64,000 nucleotides of DNA from the NCBI GenBank assembly GCA_016906335.1, contig JADEYG010000004.1, positions 868,001 to 932,000 on the forward strand, given 5' to 3'. Every line of letters begins with the position of its first letter. Positions within the stretch are counted from its first letter, which is position 1. Shown here piece by piece: positions 1 to 13,335 of the stretch. The position numbers and the translations under genes were made by a program. The stretch is from Novakomyces olei (Eukaryota). The notes beneath the pieces are model-generated. The model saw only the letters and a list, made by a program, of their open reading frames with translations. It did not search any database and was not told where the DNA came from.

Positions 1-288
1 TCTGGGCGCCTGTGCTTCCTTTTGCTTGTGCCTGTGACTGGTGAAAAAGTCGCGTACGAGGGAGGAGAGGGTGGTAGCGGACGCAGAATGATTTTGGTTC
101 AAAGAGCTACCATTATTGCTGCCATTATTGCTGCCACTAATGTTACTCGTGCTGTTTCTCGGCGAGCTCGTTTGAGGTTCCGAGAACCGTACAGCCGCTG
201 CTGCCGCTGCCGCTATACTCCCGGCTGTTGTGTCAGACTTTGCACGTAAACGGGACCGCACATTGGCCCCCCGGCCGGCCTCCGTCAT
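1..288 (-). CDS. 5' part of an unknown low-complexity protein, truncated by the window edge
   Basis: ATG at 288 opens a stop-free frame to base 1 (MTEAGRGANVRSRLRAKSD...SGSNNGSNNGSS...RDFFTSHRHKQKEAQAPR). No family recognised. Confidence 0.55.
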   Translation of the reverse strand, partial: MTEAGRGANVRSRLRAKSDTTAGSIAAAAAAAVRFSEPQTSSPRNSTSNISGSNNGSNNGSSLNQNHSASATTLSSLVRDFFTSHRHKQKEAQAPR

Positions 289-982
289 GGATTCCAGACA
301 AGTGCTGGCGCACAGTTTGCCCTCTCTTTGGGCCCGCAGCTGTTTGCGATCGCGTGCGTGGAGAGAGCAGCCAAACGAACCAGTGACCGCGGGTCGGGTA
401 ACTGCGCGTTTGCTGTGTCAAACTGGGCTGTACCACGCTGCAGTCTCACCCCATTGCGAAGCTGACAGTCCTGTATGGGTTAAGCTTCACTTTGTTAGGT
501 TTGTAGGGTAAATGTAGTGTTTATATATGATGTATTACGTTGGTACTGATAATCGTCAATGTTTGTAGTGAACAAAGTGTCGTATACAGATAATTGTCGC
601 TGTAACGTTGTTTTCGCTATACGTTGTTCAACAAAGTGTGATATGTCGTTGTTATTTTCGCCATAACGTTATTTTCGCTCTTCGTTGTTTAATGTAAAAG
701 TGTCAAACATCGCACGTGCAGTAATACTGCACTATCCATACGATAATATTATGTCACATACGCGAACGCTAAAGTGTGGTGGAGGATTAATGCTGAAAAT
801 AAGTGTACGTATGGACACGAAATTGTACATTATCGGCAATGCCCTCGCCTACACTGTTACAAACGTATTTATTATATTATGCGAGCCTAATGTTGGGAGA
901 GCACGATATACCGAGGATTGATGATATACTGAGATCAAATGATATATTGAGGATCAAATGATACTATGAAGTGACCGCCACA

Positions 983-2358
983 ATGAACTTTTGGTCTTGC
1001 TCAGGGCTTGTTTGTTTCTTAGCGCTGTGGGTGCTCGTGCCGCCCATTTATGCCTTTGAGTGGCCCTTCGCCTACGCCTCACGGCGGCCCGGGTACTTGC
1101 TGGAAAGCAACCTGTACCGGTACAGTGGAGAGCAGATCGTCCGGGTCTGCTCTACCCCGGAGACACCAAACTTGTTCAATCAAGCACGTGTAAGTAGAGG
1201 CCGTTTGATTGATTGATTGGTTAAATAATTAACATGCAGAGCTTGGGAGCCGATGTTTGGGGAAGGCATAATGGCAGCTGTATGGATATGCGAATCAATG
1301 CAGAGCAGAAATCTTGGCTGCAATTGCAAAATGCGTCCTGCCAAACTGTCGCTGACGATATTCCCGCGCTAATAAGCTCTTGTGCAAATACGAAGCATAT
1401 CTCTTTCTTTCAACAGTACCACGATTACGCTACAATTCGTAGCTGGTTGAAGCTGAGAGCCGATTGGTTTCGGCAGCGGGTGGAGTACCAATCTGTCGGC
1501 CAAACTGCTCAAGGCCGTGATATTCCGGCTCTTCAGGTCACTGCGATCAACCTGACACGGCCAACAACAACACCAAATCGTGCTATTTTTATTGTAGCAG
1601 GCTTGCACGCTCGAGAATGGATCGGAGTCTCTACAGCCCTGTACTTGGCAGAACGGTTGACGGCTGATTACGAATCAGGTGATCCGCTTACTCGAGAGCT
1701 GCTTGAAGAGTTTGTGTTCTACATCATCCCCGTACTAAATCCAGACGGGTACGCCTACTCTTGGGAACATGATCGACTGTGGCGGAAGAATAGGCAAAAC
1801 ACTACCCGGCCAGAGTGCCCCGGCATCGATCTGGACGCTAATTGGCCGTACGAGTTTGAGCGGAACCGCGTCCTTAACGAGTGCAGCGAAAATTATGGGG
1901 GAACCCAGCCTTTTGAAGCAGAGGAAGTTAGAGGCCTTCACGAGTATATACGGTCGATACAGAGGCAGCATGGGCTGCCTATAATTGGACTGCTTGACTT
2001 GCACTCTTACAGCCAGGCTATTCTTTATCCCTATGCTTTTGACTGTGATGAAGATCCCCCGGATGAAGAAAATTTACTGGAGCTGGCTTATGGTGCTGCC
2101 AAGGCTTTGCGGCTTCCTCACGCCCAGTATTACGATACAATGAGCGCATGCGAAAACGCGGGCGGCGAAGGCTGGGGAGGGTCACTGCTTGACTGGGCCT
2201 ATGCGCACGCTGGAATTCCGTGGAGTTATAGTGTTAAACTACGCGATCGGGGGGTTAATGGCTTTCTTTTACCTGCATCTGAAATTGTTCCAACTGGCGT
2301 CGAAGCTTACAATATGCTGAGGTATTATGCAGACTTTGTCTCGAAACCGAGAAACTAG
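983..2358 (+). CDS. ECM14: M14 metallocarboxypeptidase-like pseudoenzyme Ecm14
   Basis: Signal peptide in exon 1 and intron 1190-1239. Motifs GLHAREW, NPDGY, WRKNR and LDLHSYSQ. YSVKLRD has Lys where active CPA has the catalytic Glu. Confidence 0.9.
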
Positions 2359-2621
2359 TATGTACCCGTGTATATACAATGTATATTATTTGACTCTGCA
2401 TTATGTCGATATTTAATTAATAGCCGTTTTTTTTTTGGAACTACATGTCCACCGCATACCCGTATATCCACAGGCCTCTTACCTAACACCCTAAATTGAA
2501 TGCTCTTTTTATTATTCTAAGCATACACCTATCGCAGTGAAGAGCAAATTGAAAGATAAAGAGCAAACCACTTCAATCACGGAAAGATAGACGTTACTAA
2601 TAGTATGATATGAGTCTATAA

Positions 2622-3783
2622 CTACCGGTCATTCTCGGCAGTTGCGCCCTGTAACTGCCTACGTTCAATATCCTGATCAACTTGTCTCCGAATTTGCTCA
2701 GCCAATCGTTGAGCTAGTGTACCAGCGACTGAGCAGCACTGCAAAATAGCACCAGCATCGACATCGACTCCACCGGCCTTGGATATTTGACATATATCCC
2801 TATGATTATTGATTGTTATACTAATATCGCCATCACGTAATTGTTCCTCTTCAAGTGTGGCATCCACTGCCGTAATTACAGAGGCACTGTCGCGTTCACC
2901 TACTACTTGATCCAAAGAAGATCGGAAAAAGGAGAATGATATACACACGGGAATATGCATGATTGCAAGCGGTACGGGTACACGCTCATCCGGTGAATGT
3001 ACCTGGACATTGCGGCCTTTGAGAGTATAATCCGGTCGTCGAAAATGCAAAAGTGCTGTTATTACAGCAATACTAGCTGCCTGTACAAAGTTACCGTCAT
3101 GATCAAGATAGTGTACATCCACACGGACACTAAACACTTTTTCCCCTGTTACTATACATAAACTTTCCGTGTCGATTGCGCCTGAACGCCGTACTGATTT
3201 CTCCAAGACTCTCGCCACGAGCATTTCGTCTTGAGATGTTCTATTTGTAAGTATTCAAGAAAACCAAAACTGCGAATAAAAAATAAAATATATTTAAAAA
3301 AAATCTAGAATTGTATGCAGAAAAACATGAAAAAAGAGGAAAAAGTTTTCTCTACGTAAATAACGTACCTCCCTTGCTCAAACATTTCGTGGGCCATTGG
3401 ACTTTGCTCCGTAACAATAGCAAAAAGGCCATCAAATGGCCGATCGGGTAAAGGTTTTACGATTTCACATGCGACGCTGGCGTACACCCTTTAAAGTTAG
3501 AATTTAGGATATTTTCTTACTCCGTTCTCGATTTTTTATCTATATTTAATTGATCTTTTTCTTTCTTGTCTAATTCTTAGATGTTATTTTAGTTTTTAAA
3601 CTCATCGCAAAGTCTATACCTCGTTCGACCGCAACGGACGTCGACCTGCCCATATTGCTCACCGAACGATAATTGAAGCTGTCGCAGATCATCCAGTCCT
3701 CTGCCGTCAATTCGCAGTCCGCGCAAAAGCCCATCCAGAACGATGCGGTGCTGGTCGCGCGACGGTTCAAGAGATTTTGTCAT
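2622..3783 (-). CDS. RRP45: Exosome complex RNase PH-like subunit Rrp45
   Basis: LRIDGRGLDDLR, DRPFDG, SGAIDTESLCIV, DHDGN and ALLHFRRPD motifs across 3 exons. Confidence 0.93.
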
Positions 3784-4040
3784 GCTATATTCATTGCTCA
3801 AAACTTGGATTAAAATTGAAATAATATTGACAGTGCCATTTGTTACATACTAAATGTATAGTGAAGCTTTAAATGACAGTATTTAATGTAAAGCGAGTAT
3901 TTGGTACAAGGCTAATAATAATTACAATATATTGCAATACTCATATTAAAAAATTATGTATTGATTCGTCTTTGTACATTATATTTTAATATAATAGAGT
4001 ATTCCTGATTCTAGCAATCAGAAAACTTATTAGAAAATAA

Positions 4041-4235
4041 AATAAATACAATAAATACAATAAATACAATAAATACAATAAATACAATAAATACAATAAA
4101 TACAATAAATACAATAAATACAATAAATACAATAAATACAATAAATACAATAAATACAATAAATACAATAAATACAATAAATACAATAAATACAATAAAT
4201 ACAATAAATACAATAAATACAATAAATACAATAAA
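4041..4235. repeat. (AATAAATAC)n 9-mer tandem array, about 21 copies
   Basis: Directly visible, near-perfect array between the ALG8 3' end and the RRP45 5' end. Confidence 0.97.
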
Positions 4236-4332
4236 AATACAATAAACAATTATTAGCGTAGGCAAATTTTGAGTTGGAGCAGTTTATTAGTATACAGCTA
4301 TACTTGTAAAGCTTCGCAACACTTGGGTATCA

Positions 4333-6318
4333 TTAAGAGCGGTGCTTGTGCCGCTTGTGAACTAGATGCAATGGCGTTGGTTCCGTAAGGTACAGCCACG
4401 ATAGACTGAGCCATGACCATAGAACGCCCCAGGCACAATAACAGCTGAGGAGCATAAGAGGCAAGAATGCATAGCGGTCTTGCAGGAAATACTCGTGCAG
4501 AAACATGACATAGAGCAACAGTGGGACAAAGCCACCAATGTAAAGGGCGGTTAAACGATCGAGGAACCATTGCCGCTTTCCTGACTGACTGTTTAATTAG
4601 ATATATATATGTGTATTTTTAAGATTATTTTCTGGCCAAAGAATGGACTTACATGGGGACAGTAAGGTCAAGACCCGCTAAAAGCGCCAGCCATAAGCCT
4701 GTGTACACAAGTTTAATGGGTGATTCTAAGGGTCAGTAAAAAAAGATCATTTAAACACTTACCTTGAGGAGTATGCAATAACGGAAACAATGAGACATGA
4801 CCGGCTATTGCGAGAGGTCTAAACGCATTCAAATACCTGCGATCTCGAACACTCAGTAGCCTTATAGTGTTAGCGTATAAGCGAAGAAGTACACAGAGAT
4901 GAAGAGATATCGCACTCACAAGAAAGGTACAATGATAAGCATAACCGCCTTTTCGTGCACGTGCCAACCGAAATTAAATGAGGCGAATGCACACAGTGTT
5001 ACAGCGCCGACGAACATGTCAAATGTAGGATTAAGTGCCAATTTTGTAAGATAAATCTGCAGATAAGTATACGTTATTTTCTGCCCGTAGAGTATTATGC
5101 TGAGAAAAGACGGATAAAGGTCTGATTGTAGGCATTATTTTCGATATAGGCATAGAGCATAAAAATCAATAATAAAACTCATTCTTCCAAGAGATACGTA
5201 CCAATTGCCAAACTAGTGTCAAAGCAAACGTCATTTTCGGCGTCACTTGGGGCATAACAGCAAATACAGTGTCGCCAACTAGTCCACGTGTAGACCCGAG
5301 CGTTTGTGAAGGATCCACGGAGATATGCAGACGCTGTGCCAGAGCTATAAGCAGCCTGTCTGCAAGCGAATATAGAGCCCATACATTAGGCGCCCAGTAA
5401 GCGTGACAAAGGCCACGAGAAAAAGGAAAAAGCCGGCTCATCAATGCAGGCAAAGAGCCATTGGCTGCAAAAGGTGCAAAAGCACAAAGGCCTACAGCCA
5501 AAAGCACCAAGAACAATTGAAAACAATGGCTCAGGTCAAGTAGGAGCGACCGTGGATGCTGCAGGCAGTACCTGAAAAACAGGTAGACCACCCAGGCCGG
5601 GGCCACGTATAAAAAAATATGTTTAAAGCAGACAAGAGCAGCAAAACAGGCGGCGCTGCGAAGAAGCGTCCGCTGACTGCGAGCAAAAGTCAAGCTCAAG
5701 ACAAAGAGTCCAAACAAAGCTCCGTTATATTGGAAATGAATATTATCGATAATTATGAAACCGGGAGACAGCAGTATAGAAACAGCCGCCACAGGAGCCA
5801 AAGGCTGACGGGTCGCTCTTTCGTACAACAAGAGAGCGAGTAAAAGCAGTGTCTCCGTCACCAGGACACTGCCACGTTGGAAGTAAAGAGTCGCAGAGGA
5901 ATTGTAAGGTTCTCTAGTGACCACCACCATGGCGGGATCAACGTGTACCGCGATAAGTGAAAGCGCATATTCGAAATAAGCGAAAAAAGGAGGGTAGTCC
6001 AACGTCCATTGCGAAGTTGCCTTTTGTCAGTACAAAAGGTGACGCGTTTAATTATTATTTTCATCCATTCTTACCTCTGTGTACCATTGCGAGAGTGGTA
6101 AAGAATAGGTGACGGCGAGCCAATTGCGGTGAACCTCAAAGTCTGTTGATTTACTACAAGAGTCAATTAAAAGGCATGACTGTCGAATACAATACCTCCA
6201 CAGGAAAAGAAAAAAGAGGCAATTGATTCAGGGAGGTTGTAACGTACTATGTGGGGAATAGCAGCAGCTTGAAGAAAGTAGCTGCGATGTAAACGTTCAC
6301 TAATATACTGCGGGCCAT
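4333..6318 (-). CDS. ALG8: Dolichyl-P-Glc alpha-1,3-glucosyltransferase Alg8
   Basis: [53 protein letters not shown] and FGWHVHEKA motifs. 5 introns traced. Confidence 0.95.
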
Positions 6319-7033
6319 TAGCCGCAAGCAGTGTGAACCCCACAGGGTAAAAGGTCTGTTCCTAAAGGAGATACGCTAGGCGAAGCTCTGAATACTGGAA
6401 GCAAGTGTCTGGAGAGGTTCAAGTAACTTTGTATTCGAGCCTGTACACTGTATTTAATATAGTGAATAATATGTTAAAATCAAGAATCAAGCGCTATTAT
6501 TATCTATTCGAGGATACAATATTATAATGTATAGGAGTCCGCGCTGGTGGAGGCCAATCGCTGCCAATGCACTCGCTCTGATATGATATGAGCGGATGGA
6601 AACTTATAGTCCTTATACTTGAAGCACGCATAAAAAAGCAAACCAAAAGAGTAATGTTAGAATTAGACCAGAACGGAGACACTTCAGTAGCAGGCATGCA
6701 GACTAATAAGCTCAAGACTGACTGGCTCCAAGCTGTCACTTATTTTTCAAATATAGACTTTGCTTCGGTTCGTAAAGGCAAATCAAAGACGAAAGCAGAA
6801 TAGGAACAAGAATATTTTGCTATTGTATTGTATCGTATTATAAATTTAATACAAAGCCATATTGTTTGAACTTGCCTGCAGAATTAAAAAGCACTTTTCT
6901 CCTACAACTAAAAGACACTCTCAACAAGCGGACGAAAAGTCTATTCAGAATAGATACTGAGCTTGTCACAGTCTTCTTGAATTTTAAACTTATCTGTATA
7001 CGTCTCGCTCCTACCGGAAGACATCAAATTCGT

Positions 7034-7819
7034 TTATGCAGCCTAATGTGTCAAAATGCACTCATTTTCAATCATACCCGCAGAATAAGATGCAAGCCAG
7101 ATTGCGTTTCGATAATGTCGCTCATCTCACCGGGTGTCAGGCTGAATGCAGCTTCTTCGAACTCTTTTTGCATTTCTCCACGACCGAAAGAGCCACTTTA
7201 TTTGTCAGTATTTTAGCGAACAACAAACAGAAACAACCACAAAAACAATAACAAATAAATAAATAAATAAATAAATAAACAAAAAATAAATTGCATAATT
7301 GATGGACTTGAGCCAAATCAAAAAAAAGAATTAACTTTAATACTAGATGCAACAAACACGTACAGGTCTCCCCTATTTTTTGCACTGGAGCAGTCAGATT
7401 CTGTGCTGGCAAGCTCTGGTAAAGTAGTTCTTTCGGCAAGAATACTTTCGCGAAACTCCTCCAATCGCTGGCGAGCCTCTTCCTTTGTACGGGTAATCTC
7501 TTTCTGTTATTTTAGACGTTTGACTTGACAGTAGCACATACTTCCCGCCACGAACTCGGCCGCCTGGAGTCTCGGTGCTTGACAAGCAGATGACTCGCTC
7601 GCACTTTTGCGTTATGCTCAGGCGCCGAGTTTCGTTTACTCAAATAATCGGTCAATGTCTCCGTATCCGTACCTGCAGGCGGCTCCCATAGCGATTCGCG
7701 TGTGCCCGCATTGAAGTAGTAGGGCAGATTGCGTGAGCGCGAGTGCCGTACTTCCCAGCCAGACGGCAGTCCCGTAGACTGCTATTAGCAATGCTTAATA
7801 AATGATTGTTCAGTACCAT
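7034..7819 (-). CDS. ESS1: Parvulin peptidyl-prolyl isomerase Ess1/Pin1 (WW + PPIase)
   Basis: TGLPSGWEVRHSRSRNLPYYFN WW domain, HLLVKH..SRRP and GSFGRGEMQKEFEEAAF...SGLHLI. First exon is only ATG. The last short exon is inferred. Confidence 0.92.
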
Positions 7820-8110
7820 AGCTCGACAGTAAATGCGCGTCTAATGGACCACGGATCGTTGTTGTTTGTGCCTCGATTCCTGTACAGCCAGGACGACCTT
7901 AGTCGTACCCAATCGTTTGGATTGAAGCGAGCTTATTAATTACAATAATGTTTGTAGCTAAAACAAAGGAACCATAGAAGACAATTAACCCTAACCCTAA
8001 GTGGCTATAAATCTCGAGATCTGGTAATAGTAGCGTGTAGTAAATATATTCCAGAAAAACTTACGTATATATCGTAAATGGTATTGCTGCCGGCCTGACG
8101 TAGTACGTCA

Positions 8111-10347
8111 ATGGCCAGCAGCGAGAGCAAAGACGAAGAAGAGAAGAGCCTGCAAAACTGCCTTTCCCTTCTCGAGTCAGCTGATGATACTTCTAAGATT
8201 GCAGCTCTAACGCTTCTACCGCGAATTTTGCAAAAGCGACCAGAATTATGGCGCGAGTGCTGGCCACGACTCGACTTTAGCTTTCTTGACCGAATGCTGA
8301 CGGGTAAGTCTTTGGCTTTTCTCCACAATCTAATGCTGTAGTGACCAGTGCCGACTCCGACGAGTATGAGAAAGCGGCAGTATCGTTGCTTATGCACTTT
8401 GTACGTGCCGACGCTTCAGTCGCATCGTCAGCCAATTATTTGGATCGGCTGTCTGCGCTCGTGGAAATTGCGCTCTCAGGGTAAGTGTATTTGTGGGTAT
8501 ACGTGCGTTGATTTTACTCTTCCACAAGACTATATTTGCATAAAATATAAAATAATTTTTGTTAATTGAAAATTCTAACTATACAGCTCAACGCTGAGCA
8601 AAGATGCTCTCAGCCTTGTTGACGCGGCCGCATCCACACGTGCAGGTGCCCACCGGCTTTTTAAGGACGGGGTTTTGGCTGATCTGGCTGAGGGGATTTT
8701 TTCTTTTTCCGACGGAGAAAAAGATAAACTGAGACGAGATGCTGTTGTTGATGCCTTACAGCAACTGGCAGCAGAGCCACTGGCTCCTCGAGGGCCTGTT
8801 TACCGGCTGCTTCAAAGCGTGATAACACAGAGTGCCAATGCCATGGCCAAGGATTCTGGATCTGTTCGTCTACTCTCTCTTTCTGCGCTGGCAAACTGTC
8901 TCGTTGCTCTGCCTGATGTAAGTTTCTGCTCGTGTTTAGTGTGGCTGTACAAAGCATCGCTAGAGGGTTCTTTTGTTTTACTCAAGTTTTGGAAGCTCCA
9001 CTATTTCGCGAAAGCAAGATTTTAGGCTATGCTTCAAATCTTCAATCTGCAATTGATGTGGTCTTTCTCGTCTCTGAATACTGACCGTAGAGGATTTGCA
9101 GATACCCGATGCAGCCGTTGAAGGCGTTGTCGAAGCTCTGAAGACTTTTTATTTCCACTCACGCAGTAAGTCGAATGCTTCTTTCCTTTGTTTGTCCCAG
9201 TTTCATCAATGATTTCCGTCTTTTATGGTCTGTGATTAATTCCATATTATTTATCATCCCATCTAACGAACCAGACGAGGATATTTTGCGGGACAGCACG
9301 ATTGTTTTGGCCCATTTGCTGCGACAAGTGCCCGCCTCGCGTGTTTTCGCGTCTAAATCAAAGCATAATGATATGAGCAATCGCTTTATTTTCATAGTTG
9401 TTGCCGTGACCGCGGCCTCGGTGAGGAGTACCCTTCCACGCTTAATCCCGGTCCTCAATCAGCCGGCAAAATTTGCACCAATGGCACTTGAGCTCAGTTC
9501 CGACATCGACATTATCATCGTCGCTGTCCAGTATCTGTGTGATTTAGCAGATGAAGAAACTGTCGCGCTCGATCCTGGAGATATTTCCCGAGCTGTTCGT
9601 GACCTTGATCAAATGTTTGGTGAGGCTATCGAGTACCTTCGAGAACGATGGGACCAGGCTCGAGCTGGAGCTGCTGGTTTGCACCCACAAGCTTATGCTT
9701 CACGTCCGCAACTAACGTGGGACACGGCAATTGTCGAAGGGGGAATCCTTGCAGACCCAACGTTTACAAAGATCGTTTTTGCCCTGTGCGTATGGGTTGT
9801 GGAAGACGAGTCATTACGGGCCACTGCTATGGGAATTATGGATATTTTAGTTGCTTACATACCCGTTGCAGCTCAAGATGATAGTGCGTTAGAGAGTGTG
9901 TGTTTGGCTTTAGAGGCGATTAAGGATGCAGTGAGTCATAAAAACGTGAGGGGCTCTTCCTCCCAAGGGGCAAGCTCTACCGGCAATAATTCCGGAACTG
10001 GGGATGAGCAGGCACTCGTATCTGCGCTTATTAATATATTGCCGATTTTAGTAAAGGCAGAGAGAGATGAAGCTATTAGCAGTGTCCTCTCTTTGCTCCA
10101 GTCTGTCTGCGAAAGCCAGGCAAGTGCTGGCGAAGAATGGGTGCCGTTTGTACGTTTGGCTGTTGTAGAAATTGCACAGAGAGATGATGAAAATGGGCTG
10201 TTTGCCTCTGTGGCCTTGAACGTATCAGTGAAATTGACTAGCCCCGTTTTCAACAGGGACAAGTTATTAATGAACAGGCTACTGTCCCTGACTGCCCATA
10301 CAAAGTTCCGGGATGAGCATGCGCGAGTTTTGGTAAGATTACGTTAG
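8111..10347 (+). CDS. Neurochondrin-family ARM-like helical protein
   Basis: N-terminus LQNCLSLLESADDTSKIAALTLL...FLDRML resembles neurochondrin. About 4 introns. Confidence 0.7.
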
Positions 10348-10645
10348 AAAGAGATATTTCGAGCTGTAATCACGGACATGGCATTATGAACTTTGCATAT
10401 ATTAATTTTCATGATAGATTTTGATTAGGCTTTAATTAGATTTTAATTAGGCTTTAATTAGATTTTAATTAGATTTTTAATGAGATTATTGATTGAATTT
10501 TTGAAAAGTTTAAACTAGACTTTAATCAGTTCAAACTAGACTTAAATCAGATCGTTGATGTGTATTGTTTTTGATGTGTATTATTTCAAAAAAGGGGGAA
10601 AAAAAGAGCACGTTTACGCATCGATACCCATCCCTCCGTCCAATT

Positions 10646-11389
10646 CTACGGAATAAAAGGCAGCCAGGTGCGTGTTTGTGCGCGGTAGTCGATATAATCT
10701 TGCCCGAAGAACTGCACGAGCAGTCCCTCCTCGTGAGCAATTCTTCCACGAAAAAACACCCACAGGGTAACAGCGTAGACGAGCGTGGACACGGTATTCC
10801 CCAGCACGCACTGCCCACCCAGTGCCCACAGAAAAAACCCTAAATAGCTTGGGTGACGAAAGTAGCGGAAAATGCCGTGCGTAACGAGCCTGTGGGCCGG
10901 GGATTTCCGTAGAGCGACGTGGTGGTTAAAGTGCTGAGCCGCGTGGGCCATAGCCAATGTCCGCAGTACCTGGCCCGCGCAGCAGAGCGCTAGTCCGGCA
11001 GCCAGGAGGCTATGGCCCACAGGCACGGGCCCCGTGTCTCTTTTATGGGCAGCGGCAGAGCCGATACTTGTACGGAGCAGGTGCTCTGCCACGCCTGCAA
11101 TCATTGCCGCCCAGTAAGCGGCGCCGTTATTGAAGAGGAACGAGTGGCTCGAGGCCACTGAGGGATTGAACTGAGCAGTGACTGCGTACTCGAGGAAATG
11201 GAAGGTGGCAAAGAGGGCCACGAACAGACCGAGGGCGACCAGTCTCCTCGTCGCCAGTGCCAAAGCGCTCGCGAGCAGCAGTCCGACAGCGACAGAGCAT
11301 AGTGCACTTTTAACGCTGTCGCGCAGAGGCAAAACTGACGGAGGCGATACTGTCGGCTCAGTCGCCAAAGACTGCTCGGCTGTATGCAT
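10646..11389 (-). CDS. STE14: Isoprenylcysteine carboxyl methyltransferase
   Basis: FHFLEY, HRLVTHGIFRYFRHPSYLGFF and RIAHEEGLLVQFFG..Y..Y motifs. Confidence 0.93.
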   Translation of the reverse strand: MHTAEQSLATEPTVSPPSVLPLRDSVKSALCSVAVGLLLASALALATRRLVALGLFVALFATFHFLEYAVTAQFNPSVASSHSFLFNNGAAYWAAMIAGVAEHLLRTSIGSAAAHKRDTGPVPVGHSLLAAGLALCCAGQVLRTLAMAHAAQHFNHHVALRKSPAHRLVTHGIFRYFRHPSYLGFFLWALGGQCVLGNTVSTLVYAVTLWVFFRGRIAHEEGLLVQFFGQDYIDYRAQTRTWLPFIP

Positions 11390-11993
11390 TGTTCAGACCA
11401 CAGATCATTGCGCTAAAGACAGAGCGCACAGCTCATTGTTCTTTGTGAATGGCTCGTGAATGAGAAATGTCGACAAAGGCGGTATAGAATATAGCAGATT
11501 TAGTGAGCGATATAACCCTAACTAACCCTAGTTGTCAAACAATAATGAGATTATCGTGTTGTTTATTGGAATATCAACTTGATACAAGTAATGCTGTGGC
11601 ATTGACGGTAGTTTAGCAGTAATTTCTCTGTGGATACTCTATATTTATAATATATATATATATTTATTATATTTAATGTATGTTGAATTATCATTTTAAA
11701 GTTCGAATGGCTGATATCAATTGTCTAACTGTAGAAAAGAACGAAAAGGCACAAGGCTTAGAGGCGCGGTTAGGGATATATATTATTCAATAAATACAAG
11801 TGTAATTTAGATCTGGTAATGACAGAATAGAGAATTTGGAGGAGAATCCAACGAGTAATGTAACGACAGAATAATTATAAGATATTGTCTTAAAAAGTTC
11901 TAGTCAATTTCTCAACAATATATTTATTTACATATATATATACATATTTATTCGTTTAACAATATCGATTGACGCTAATTGCGGGGCCCCACA

Positions 11994-12778
<785 letters not shown>

Positions 12779-13335
12779 CTACGAGTAATTGCCTGCGAGA
12801 AAGCAAGACGGTAATATGCAGCAGATAGTGAAATAGCGAGCAGACCAATATCGACCATATTAAAATCAGACCCCAACAAAGTAGTTTAAAGGACGCGTCC
12901 AATGAAACGAAAAGCCAATACGAGGCTTACGGGCAAGCTCAATGCCACCAAAAAAATCTTTTGCCATTAATTCTGCTTTTGCCATAATTAAAACTCCCGC
13001 CGTCGCTTTAGATGCATTGAGTGGTCAAAGAGGACCACGGACTAAGCATAGGCCAGAAAAGACAACAAACTGAAAAAGACAAGAAGACTGCTGGTGCGAC
13101 CGTGCTGGAAACAAATCCGGTTTGATTACTTTTCCAATAGAACAAAATAGCAGGTTGGCTGGTCTAGAAGATGACATGCTCCAAGTAGAATCAAACTGAT
13201 CGAAATATCAGAAGAATCTGGAAGAATCACTGTAATCTTGCCAATTTTTTGTTAAAAGGCCATTTCGATAAGAATTTATTCCAAAAGGTTTAGACAGCCC
13301 CTTTCCTTGTTTCTTATGGCTTTGCTTGCCGTTCA

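Noticed and set aside
3986-4265. ORFs encoding (LLY)n, (FIV)n and (YCI)n
   Set aside because: Artefacts of the stop-free 9-bp repeat.
6319-7033. Short ORFs or ncRNA between ALG8 and ESS1
   Set aside because: No motif, splice pattern or RNA boxes that I can support.
10420-10480. 11-bp TTTAATTAG-based repeat, and the 10-bp TACTATTTTA repeat at about 53610-53700
   Set aside because: Short, degenerate AT-rich slippage repeats in 3' spacers with no further signal.
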